Source: Perkinsus olseni
Lineage: Eukaryota
Assembly (NCBI GenBank): GCA_013115125.1
Contig: JABANN010000254.1
Span: forward strand, 1-46,998
Reading direction: 5' to 3'
Length of the DNA: 46,998 nt
The position numbers and the translations under genes were made by a program. Within the stretch, counting starts at the first letter, position 1; every line of letters begins with the position of its first letter. The notes beneath the pieces were generated by a model that did no database searches, was not told the origin of the DNA, and saw only the letters and a list, made by a program, of their open reading frames with translations. Positions 24,101 to 34,664 of this stretch are shown one piece after another.

Positions 24101-24755
24101 ATGGCGTTCTCTCTTATGCATCTGATAGAGTCCGGGCTGTTGGTCGCCAACGCCGGGGCTGTACTCAACAAGCGGAGGGTTCTGCGTAAATGTAATAATC
24201 TATCAACTGCCGGGGAGCAGCGTGGCGACTTTCGGCATATCAACGAACTAATACTCCGCGTTGGCGAGAGTGCGCCTGGGAATTTCTGAACATATTTGAT
24301 GTTCGCGATGGGGTAGCCGTGGGTCAAGTACGACTGGCACTGCTTGGTAAAGCTGAACGCGGAATAGTACGCGTGATTGTTCTGCGTCATGATAATCATA
24401 TGCTGCGGTGTGTTAGTGCAAAATCCGCGCAGTAGCATGGTCAGGGACGATTAAGGGGAACTCACCCGTCGACAAGGTTAATGTCGACCCACTGTGGATA
24501 GTCCTGGCACACCCTGCTGCGTTGTCGTAGTGCTCTCTAGACTCGTCCTATATTCAACAGATAATCTGGACAAGCCTGGCTTCGACAATGGCGTCAAGGG
24601 ACAGCTGTCCACCCTCCTCTATAGTGTGCGGACTTTCGGCAGGTGTAATAGTGGGAACAGCGCACTGTGGGCGATGCTGGAAATCCTCAATCTTCTCAGA
24701 TCCGATAGTGATAATGAATATCCTTGTTATCCTATACGAGCTCATCCTCGGCTGA
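24101..24755 (+). CDS. YOS1: Yos1/IER3IP1 ER-Golgi transport protein (3 exons)
   Basis: MAFSLMHLIESGLLVANAGAVLNKRRVLRKY NLDKPGFDNGVKGQLSTLLYSVRTFGRY PIVIMNILVILYELILG*; introns 24192-24560 and 24645-24699. Confidence 0.9.
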
Positions 24756-24879
24756 ACAAAGGGGATACTGTACAGTTAGGATTGTTTCAACATTCTCGAT
24801 GCTGCCGGTGTGTAGTTCTTAAATATCGGACAGACGAGTGCTCGATCGTAGTGGCCGTGGGGGGGGGACATTTCTGACG

Positions 24880-27826
24880 ATGAGCAGTGGAGGATTGTCA
24901 GTGATGGCGCCCCTTCGAGGGTTCATGCATCGGTCGAACTGGCGGCTGCAGACGGCCATAGGCTACGAAGGCCTCTTCTCTCGTTACCGCTTCGAGCAGC
25001 TAGACATACATCCTAAGCTACTATCAGCACTGAAGATCATGGGCATCGATACAGCCACCGAGGTCAGTCACCCCTCCCCCGCTGGTCAGTGTGGATCCCT
25101 AGTGCAGGTCCAAGCACGGGCATTCGTGCCATTATCGATGGGCAGGGATCTTATCATCAACGCCGAGACTGGCAGTGGGAAGACCCTCAGCTACCTCCTG
25201 CCGATATTCAATCGGATGTGATAAGCTTTGCACGATAGAGCCTCACTCAGACTAGCATAATAGATACTTCCTCACAGACGCCCCTGCTGAAGGGAAAGTC
25301 GGTGGTCGGGCGCAGAAGGCAGTCTTGCCTCCGCCAACCGTCATCGTGTGCCCCACGTACGACCTCTGCGCACAGGTACTGTTTATTCCATCCTCTCACT
25401 TTACGACCATAGCAGGTCCTTAGTATGTGCAAAACACTGGACTCTGTTGGCCGACGCGTTCAACTGCAGAGTTTGGTCAAGGTCCCTCAGTTCTATCCGA
25501 TAGCATTCACCAACACCTCTCGTAGACGGAGTAAGCGCCCCTTTGCCAGTGCAGGCCACGCATACGCTGTCTAGGTGTACCCCAGACCCCCACGCCGCGG
25601 TCGGGAGCTCAGCCCTTCGATGACACTCATCTTGGGGGTGACTCGGCAATTCACGAGGAGAGGCCAGAGCATCTGCCTCAGGCTACTGCCGGTCTGCATG
25701 AACACTACTGGTCGCCTCGCATACGGTAACGGCCTTGCCACCGTAGATGCGTAGTAGTTGGGGCCTCAGGTGGGGTGCTGTCGACATCGTAGTGACGACT
25801 CCCCATCACTTCGCTGCTGACCTAGACCGGGGCGCTGAGACTGGAGGGTCCGCTCAGCTCCATCCGGCCGCGGTCATCTTCGACGAGGCGGATATGATCT
25901 TTCATGAGATGAGGTGCCTTATGGGTGGAGGCGGGAGCCGTCCACGTTCCGCTGTGGCAGATCACAGGTTTACGATATAGTACATCACCTTCGGCCAAGG
26001 CTGGAAATACCTCAGCAGGGGGAGGCGGCCGCGATGAAGAAGAGAAAGAAGCTCTTGCCGTGTCAATTCGTATTCGCTAGTGCCTCGATGCCCACAGGAG
26101 GGCCCAACAGGTGGGCTGGGAGGGCGGATTCAGAGGCGTGACTGGATGCTGTTAGCGTGGCGGCGATGATAAGCCAACGATTCTGTACGGCTGAGATGGT
26201 TACGACGTCCTTCGCCCACTCGATACCACCTTCCATCAAAGTGGAATGGTTCAAGGCCTCCCCTGTCTGGGACCAGCGCTGTGCAGAGCTCGCTGAGATC
26301 CTCAAGGTCCGGCGTGCTGTGGAATGTCCCGGCATTAGTGAGCTCATCAGGCCTACTTCCCTGCATCCCAGCCTGCACGAATCCTCGTCTTCGTGAACTC
26401 CTCCCTCAACTGTAACGCCCTGTATCATTATCTTCGGGTGAGTTGTGCTCACAGCAGCCCACTCCACTCCATCAGCTCTCGTATAGGACCTGGGGTGGCC
26501 GGTAGTGCGGTTCAGCGCTAGCCGAGGGGCCAAGCTGATGCTGCGTCTGGCGAGAGATGCCGACCAGTTCTGTTCGGCCTCGGCTTACCACGATCCAGCC
26601 TCAGTAAAGTGGGATGGTAAGGTTGATAATGAGAAGGAGCTGACAGCAGTAGAGGCAGATGCATTGGCCAAGAAGAGGAAACACTATGCGGGTACAACAG
26701 CATTCACGCCACTCCGCCCCTGCCCTTCTTGGTCTCAGCTTTGATGCAGTCACCATTACGCGTGATGGTCTGCACTGATCACGCGGCGAGGGGATTCGAC
26801 TGGCCTCAGGTGGATGCCGTTATCCACTTCCAGATGCCTTTGGATGCTGTGAGCTATCAGCGTCTATGAAGACCGAACTCTACTGCTCTGCTCTCTAGGT
26901 GAAGTTCCTGCACAGGAGTGGCAGAGGGGGCCGCCTGGGACGACCTTGTCGGATAATCACCCTCGTCGGGCAGAAGGATGAGACACTAGCGACGGAGATA
27001 CAGCAGCAGAGTTAGCCGTCGACCATCACTATGAGGCTGCAGCGCAGGTCTTGTCAGTTGATAAAGGGAGGAGCTTGGAGAAGGTATTCAGTCGTAAGCA
27101 GTCTCTACCGCGGAAGCGGCGGCGGCGGGCTGAACTCCAGGAAGGCATTCAACAGGTAAGGAAACCGCCGAGTTTATTCACTAGCTCGGTTACGTAGGTG
27201 CCAGCGCCCGCGGAATCCCCCAGTGGTGAGCTTGAAGGAGAGGGCGTCGAGCCTGTCGAGGAACCACAGGAGACGGAGGATAAGGGCACCTTGGTGGGGT
27301 ATGTCAGTGTTTACGACTCCGACAGTGATGATGACGCGGAAGATGATGACCGAAAGAAGCAGGATATGGGGCCTGATGTAAACAGCTTCGGTTCGTGATT
27401 CGCATCTCCCTGTGCGTGTAGAGCTTTGGAATTGCTTCATAGATACGAGGGAAGTCAGCGGCCGCTGCCCCGGCCGCTGGGACCAACGTCCCTGCCTGGC
27501 GTGTTGGAACTCGCCGAGCGTTCCCTGAGACTCCAGCAGACAGCGATTCCGACGACGAGCCTGATAGCTACACCTGGGCTCGTGTTCGGAGAGGCTCAAT
27601 AGCTGCCGCTGCTGGTGAAACAGTGAGCCCTCGCCGAGAGGTAATCGTCGTGGATAAGATTTATGTACACTGTTGGTCGCAGTGTCATATGCTCCCAATT
27701 GGCCAGGTAATAGGAGTGGAGTCCCAGTCAGGCCGAGCAGGAAGGCAACGACGACGCGATAAATTCAAACAATCGACACTTATCAACGAATTCAGACGGA
27801 ATGAGGATGAGGTGCTAAAACTTTAG
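24880..27826 (+). CDS. DEAD-box RNA helicase, multi-exon
   Basis: Q motif (F..L..HPKL...ATEVQ), AETGSGKT, PTYDL, TTP, FDEAD, SAS, CTDHAARGFD, HRSGRGGR; acidic C-terminal extension. Confidence 0.92.
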
Positions 27827-28048
27827 CACACAGCATGCAACATCGTTTCCGCTATAAAGAGTTTCTGCTGTTTTCTCCCTTTTGAGTTGAGTTGGAACCG
27901 AAATCACACCGCGGTATTTGTAGGCTACGAGAATCGGAAATTGTAAACGAACGGAATAATGGCAGATTCTCTGGTGGATTACGGCATTGCATGATCAGCC
28001 ATATGAAGAACATCTCTTTTGCGTCGGACTTGCACAGCATTATTGTAT

Positions 28049-28121
28049 GGGGGACTAGCTCAAATGGTAGAGCGCTCGCTTAGCAAGCGAGAGGCACCGG
28101 GATCGATGCCCGGGTTCTCCA
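28049..28121 (+). tRNA. tRNA-Ala (AGC)
   Basis: GGGGGAC-TA-GCTC..GAGC-G-CTCGC-TTAGCAA-GCGAG-AGGCA-CCGGG-ATCGATG-CCCGG-GTTCTCC-A: full cloverleaf with G3.U70, followed by TTTT. Confidence 0.97.
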
Positions 28122-28125
28122 TTTT
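28122..28125 (+). terminator. Pol III T-run after tRNA-Ala
   Basis: TTTT immediately after the discriminator base. Confidence 0.6.
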
Positions 28126-28852
28126 CCTTGTGCAAACTCGTAAGTTGACCAACAGATTCAAGTCTTACAGTCGATACCCAATTGACTCAATCAACCCAAC
28201 ACTAATGCTTCAACGCGACGAAAAAGTGTTTTATGATAATCTTCCCAATCATCGCCTGGAGGCAATCGGTGTCCGCTTTATCGGCCGTACTTCTGGAACT
28301 CCCATTCACCATTGTCTGACAGCAATATGAACAGATCCCAATCTGATGAAGAGCTAGTGTCTTCCTACCCAGAGGGCAAACCTGCCTGGTCTTCAGCCAC
28401 CTAGAGATGCAATGGAAGTGGAAAGCGTGATTACAGACACCCCACGCAACTGTGCAGTCCTGAGAAGGATCAGCGTGAAACAGTTACCCGAAGCCGCTGC
28501 ACTCGTCTCACCTCACTGCTATGAGAACCTTGATTAGCCTGACACTCGATGCAGAGATCCATGATGTGATTACGACAGATGGCACAATTGTCGACAACGA
28601 TATCCCATGCCCACAGAGATACAGCATTCCACCTGAGGGCCGGAAATGCCGAGAATAAAGAGAATGATTCGCGAGCCGCTCACTTCTTAATTTCGAACCT
28701 CTTCTCTTCCGTAGAACCGCTCGATCCAGTAGCAGCAAGAGCACTAGATTCAGCCATTATCAAGCACACAAAAGCGATTACTGCGATGAACTCGAGAACA
28801 GCACACCAAAAACACAACCACGGCAATGATCTCGACTCAACACGAAAAGCGT

Positions 28853-31217
28853 TCATGCGCGCGTCTCAGTTCGGATGTAGGTCTCGGTGAGCGAGACGAG
28901 CTCCTCCATGATCTGCTGATGCTCATCTGACTTGATCGCTTGCTGGTTGATGGTATGGTCCCCGCGCTCTCCGAAGAACTTGTCTTCGTAGGTCGCGAAC
29001 TCGCGGTATCTATCCCACTACCCCTCTAGACTGAGGAGCATCGGGCGTCGTCGTACTGGTCCGATATGTACTGCAGAACATTCCTCGACTCGAGCATGTC
29101 TTCCGTCGACATACCATCCTGCTGGTACACATACAGATGAGACTTCGCCTGAGATGGCACACTGGCACGAGCACAAATGTTGTGCATCTTCTTTGTGTCG
29201 CACCTTGTACATGCTGTCCCAGCAGGCCCCCAGCCGATCCATGACCTCGTACATGGAGGTGTTGTTCGATACCATCGTCGCTGAGTCGCCAGCTTCACAG
29301 TGACCCACTGTACAGATAGAGGCCGAGATAGAATTGGGGATCCAGTCGGGGAAGAACATGTCCCATCTGCAACGGCCCGCTCTGGCACCCTCCTCACACG
29401 CCAGAGCACACCGTGATCCATCTCGTTGTAGGGCATGGCAGATCTCGTCGACCTCTCCCGAGGGGCACTCCCCACGGAAGGCGGCGAAGGAGGCCAGGAA
29501 CCGTGCTCGAGGTATCCCATTACGAGGATCACCTATGGTGTGAGAATACCGGCAGCGGCCTACAAGCTGCTGACCAGGGTTGAGGGGATCGCAGGAGAGG
29601 GTGGCGTTGTCCTTGCTCATCATCTGCTGGACTAGGTCGAGTATCGACACCTTCCTGTACTTGTTACTGGAGAGGGCGGTCAACGGGGCGAAGCCTACAA
29701 GGACGTATGACTACGTAGACGGCTGTTTCGGCGGTCTACCGGTCATAAGGAAATGGGCGTTCTTGAAGGGCACCAAGTTGGTGTGCATCTTACGAAGGTC
29801 TGCATCCAAGGTACCAGGAAACCGAAGGGAACTCTGAGGTTGGAAATGTCAACACCCCTTGCTTCCTTGCCAGGGGCGAGTAGACGGCCACCCTTCAGGA
29901 GTAGCGCTCGCTGACCACTCCCTCCCTTCCTCGAACCAGAGTCTTGCCATAACCCAGCCCTTCGACGTGATACGCCCGAGAAACATGATGCATGAGAGAC
30001 GCACTAGAGCACAACCAAGCATACCGTTATCCCGCTCATTGCGAGGGCTACTATATTGTTCATGTTAGAGAATCTTGGGACCTCCATATTGAGAGTCTTC
30101 TGACAGATAGCCGACAGGGCCATATTGTCGAAGAGGAACGCCTGTAGCAGCAGGGGATCCACACAGTAGCGTGGTGAGTCCTCAACCTGATGGCAGTAGT
30201 CCATGAGATCTTGCACACCCAAGGCTGCGTTATAGTATTCCAGGACTCTGTCACCGACACTGAGACGAAGACCACCCTACGATAGCATGTCCATCCTCGG
30301 AAAAGGAGGGGCTACTCAGGCGAAGGGAGAGTGGCGAAGCTCTGCATAATGCACTTCATGCCAACCCCACTGTCGAGGTAGTCCGAGATGGTCTTCATAC
30401 ACAGGCCTCCGAGTCCTGGAAGAGGCTATCGGGGAGGGGAGTAGAGGTGCCCTCACCGCTGCCAGTCCCTCCGCAGAGGGATTGAATAAACTGAACACCT
30501 TGGAGACAGTCACAGCTCTCCGCCTACTATGTTAAGAACAACAACGAGACCTTCATCAACTGGAGAGGAGCAGGGGAACAGTACCTCTTTCCGGATAGTC
30601 TCGAGGACGTGTTCAGCCAGGTCCGGCCCCTCCGTGTGGAATGCCTGAGCGTAGCAGTTACCCGAGCCCTACAAGATCGGGTACGATGACATGTGGACGT
30701 TCCGTCGAGCACCTCATCGTTGGCAATGATTGCCTCTGGGCGGTAGAGAGAGCCCAAGCCGTCAGAGCTGGCTGTAACTTGATGAAGGTCAGACAAATTC
30801 AAATCCACCAGTATAGTCCGAGGGACCTGCCGAGGCCTTCGATGACAGCAGAGCCTCGACAAGCCTGTAGTCCCGACGACGACGAATGCTGCAATAGAGT
30901 GTGCGGTACGTCTTCCAGGTGCCAGCAGGTGAGAGGAGGGAGCCCTGCGCAGCGGGGCCTACGTAACGGCCTTTGGATCCTTCATTGAAGAATACCGATA
31001 TATGATCCATCCTAATGCCATCGATATCTCCCGTATAGGTACCTAACACGATGATGGAGGAGGGGTAGCGAGGGGGGGGGCGTGACTCACCTGAACCATC
31101 TCGATACTCGATGAGATGCTCTTCGCAGAGATCTCGCCAGAACTCATGGGCCATGTTGTTGCCACATCGGCCCAGTTGTAAAGTGATAATCTCGCGATTG
31201 GCCGGGGAAGACATCAT
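28853..31217 (-). CDS. Highly divergent beta-like tubulin, multi-exon
   Basis: [79 protein letters not shown]; ends ..YIRTETRA*. Confidence 0.9.
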
Positions 31218-31399
31218 TACCTCCCGCGTAGCACTTGAGATAGGTCTACTAGCGATGATGAGAGGACAGCAGGCTCAAAGGAGAGAGGAGGATAAAACCC
31301 AACTCGTCCGGGGTAACGGAAACACACACCACATGGTTCAAAGGTTATGCACTGATAAATACAGACGACGTTCTTCGATGACCTCTGAGGTATCATCAA

Positions 31400-32940
31400 T
31401 GATTCCTGCCCCACGAAGGAGGCTCACCGTGGCTTGCATCGGCTACGGGCAACTCATCCTCCTCGTCACTGTCCTCTGCCGACATCCTGATGGGATCGTG
31501 TTCAGCATCGGAGTCACTGTCGAACCTGACGTGTGGGCCACAGTGGCGGTAGTGTTATAACATCCCTCGCGCACTGATTTGAGAGAGAGCGTTTATCAAA
31601 TGCAGTTCCTCATGTTTAGGTATCACTGTAAACTAAATGATAGTGGGCCCACGGGAACGTAAGTCCCCCAGGGCCGTTAGAGTTGGTTCCGGCATTGACG
31701 TTCTTCGTCATGACGATGAGGATGTCTTGCTCGTGCACCTCGAAGCTGACTTCTCCTCAAGGGCGAGCTCATAACGCATAACATTGGCATGATTCACCAT
31801 CGCACTAGCAGGCCCCCCTAGCTACCCAGTCCACTCCTTCCCTCGCCTCGGATGCTCATCCTGCCTGGCATTCACTCCCTTGCCTTTGAAGTACTCTTCG
31901 TATCGGAAGTCCTTCGATTCGTTGAAGGCGGGGTGGGGGGCTAGCGACGCCTCGATCGGACATGGTATGAGCGATCCATCCGGCTGTACTCTGAAATTGA
32001 GAGCACAGCGAGAAGCATGAACGACAGGTCCAATCTTGCGAAGATGTCACAACGGAGGAAGGCGGGGTATTGCATTGCGGCGGTCGCCTCGGACCTCACC
32101 CAGGTTGCCAGGGGTGACACGGCGAGGCAGGATGTCTATTACCTGTACGGCAAACTGTTCCTTCGATTCCTCAGTCCCACAGCATTCATAGGGCCCCAGA
32201 TGGGAACTAGGTGGTGTACTGGCACATCCCCCTTATACTTCATTAACACCTGATATTGATGAAGGGGAGCCAGTGAGCGCCAAGCATATCGGCAGTTGGC
32301 GACGAGCTCACCCCATCCATCCGAGAGAAGTGCTGGTGCTTGGTCCCCTCAACCCTCCATGCACACATACACCTATTGAAGTCCTGTGAGCATCCACTAC
32401 CACAACGACCGTCTTGGCAGCCCTTCTTGGGGTCGTGCTGCCTACAACGACACGACCACCGAAGCGATGAATAGGCGTCGGGGAAAGTTCGGTAGCTCGG
32501 ACCTATAACTACTACCAGCGTATAGCAGCCCCTCTTGTTCTTATCTTTATATCCTCTAACTGAGCCATCGCTATACAGAGCAATGCCCTACCACCATTGC
32601 GCCAATCAGTGATCGTCTCTAAGAGGATAATCTTCGAGCACTAATGGATAATGGCATTCCCCATCCCAATAACAGGACCGCCTAATCAACGGCTTAGAAG
32701 GAATCTCAGGACAGTCCTGACAGGACTACTTAACATTGTCAAGTTAACAACGCCAATCTGTGCACTGTATAGGTGCCCTCCCTAGTACTCGGTATCAATA
32801 TATGCGGTATCTTATGCGTCTTAAAGACGGGGTCGTCGAGCTCCTTGCCGTGGAACCATCGACCTCGAAATCCAATCTTCTTCGGGATGTCCATCTTACG
32901 CCTCTTGGCGCCTTTTGCTGTCAGCTGTTTCGGCAGCATG
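31400..32940 (-). CDS. Possible hypothetical multi-exon protein
   Basis: Basic N-terminal ORF MLPKQLTAKGAKRRKMDIPKKIGF.. plus further short open segments. A clean model could not be assembled. Confidence 0.3.
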
Positions 32941-33099
32941 TGTTCAAGAAATAGGAAGAGAGCTACAACGCGATAGCGGCTGCCAACAGAGAAGCACCTC
33001 CCTACATTATCCACTTCTCACCTTCTCCGGTACGGAACAAGCAGCCAATAGTAAACGCAAGGGAGAGAACAAGGACAGAAAATATTCACTATGGCAGGG

Positions 33100-34583
33100 C
33101 TAGATACTTTGAGGATAGTCATCATCATCACTCGTTGTAAGCCATTCTCTCTTGAACCCTCCCCTATCCACTTCGTTAATGAGCTCCGGACCACCTTGAT
33201 GGACTATTACACCATCCTGCATTACCATCACCCTACTCGGATGGAGCTCATCAAGCATACGCTTGTAATGGGATACTATCAGCATTGTCATCGATTTATC
33301 AACCTCGCACAGAGACCGAAGAGTTGTAGCAACCTGAATACGGACAATACACTACGCAGGCAGCACGCTAGGTGGAATCGTGGAGAGAGGGAGTCAGAAT
33401 GTTTGACCTTCGTGGGAAGACGTGCTCTATGCAGCACGACATGCGCCTTGATACCGGTTCTACTGCCAGCCGGCGCAAGAAAACACGCGCCGTTAAGGTA
33501 TACAATTCTACGACATACACTTATACTTGATCCTAGAGACCACCTGGTCGCCACTGATGAAGTACTCAGCGGTCCCTATGCCGAGGCGGCACTCTGCAGA
33601 TGATACACGCGTGTGGTTACACTACCAAGCAATGTCCCTTCTATTACCTGTTTCAAGGCATCCACATCCAGACCGCTGTCAATCTCGTCGAACACGCAAA
33701 GTTTGGGTCGGAGGACCACCGCATGGAGAAGCTCAACACGTTTTCGTTCACCACCCGACATCCCTGTGTTAACAGGCCTGTCGAGATACTCTAGGAGTTC
33801 AACTCCTCGCTCAACCTCCATCAGCCTAGATTTGGCAAAATCGTAAAACTCGAAGGGCGACAGCTCCGGCAGCCCTTGGGCCTGCCTCGATGCATTCAAG
33901 GCAGCGTGCAGCAAAGTGAAATTGGTTATGCCCGGCACCTCCACGGGCGCCTGCCACGACATGAACAGGCCAAGCTTCGAGGCGCGCTCGTCGACATCTA
34001 GCGCTAGGACATCCTCACCGTCCATCTCAACTCTACCATGGGTGACTTCATATTGTGAATCGCCCATCATGACTCGAGCGAAGCTGCTTTTTCCACAGCC
34101 ATTGGGACCAAGGAGTGCTACAACTTCACCAGGCTCGAGGTCCAAGGTAACTCCGTTGAGGATGGACACCTCTGGATTCTCAGCCAGCACGGCATGCAGG
34201 TTGGATACATGCAGGCCATTACCATTGGATGCTGCTGCCCCCGCACTAACGCCTTCGGCTGCTCTCTTTCTTATTCGACCCACTACACGTGTCGCTGCCC
34301 CCAATGCACCACCAATGGCGAGTAGCTGCAGAAACCTGTGGCTGAGGGACGACGTCGCAGTGCCTCCATCTAAGGGCGTACCACCAAAGGAGTAGGAAGC
34401 CGGGGTGTGAGGAAGCCGAGCGGCTTGCACTGTGCTTCGGTCGAGTGGATGCGACAACGGGGTAACGAATAGACCAGTCGTAAAGGCCACCGATGAGTAT
34501 AACAAATAGCATCCCATGGCCAGCAGGGTGAGCCCTGGTAAGGCAGAGCGACGCAAGTACGATAAGGGAGGAGGAGGGCGCAT
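33100..34583 (-). CDS. sufC: Plastid-targeted Fe-S assembly ATPase SufC (2 exons)
   Basis: ILNGVTL..GEVVALLGPNGCGKSS; ERASKLGLFMSWQAPVEVPGI; LDRPVNTGMSGGERKR; FDEIDSGLDVDAL; IVSHYKRML; ~120-aa N-terminal leader; intron 33334-33647. Confidence 0.95.
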
Positions 34584-34664
34584 ACAAGTACAATCAAAGT
34601 CAATATCTGACACCTCTAGCTTTACCCATCCTTCAACACAATACCACTACTGCAGGCGAAACTA

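Noticed and set aside
23950-24438. 162-aa antisense ORF across Yos1 exon 1 and intron 1
   Set aside because: No recognisable domain, overlaps a clear gene on the other strand; likely incidental.
31100-31217. Gamma-tubulin call from the N-terminal REIITLQLG
   Set aside because: The body of the protein has beta-type signatures ([31 protein letters not shown]).
33400-33570. Cobalamin riboswitch-like GCCACTG and GGGAAG, and hammerhead-like CTGATGA
   Set aside because: Antisense to sufC, motifs in the wrong order, and no paired stem II with GAAA.
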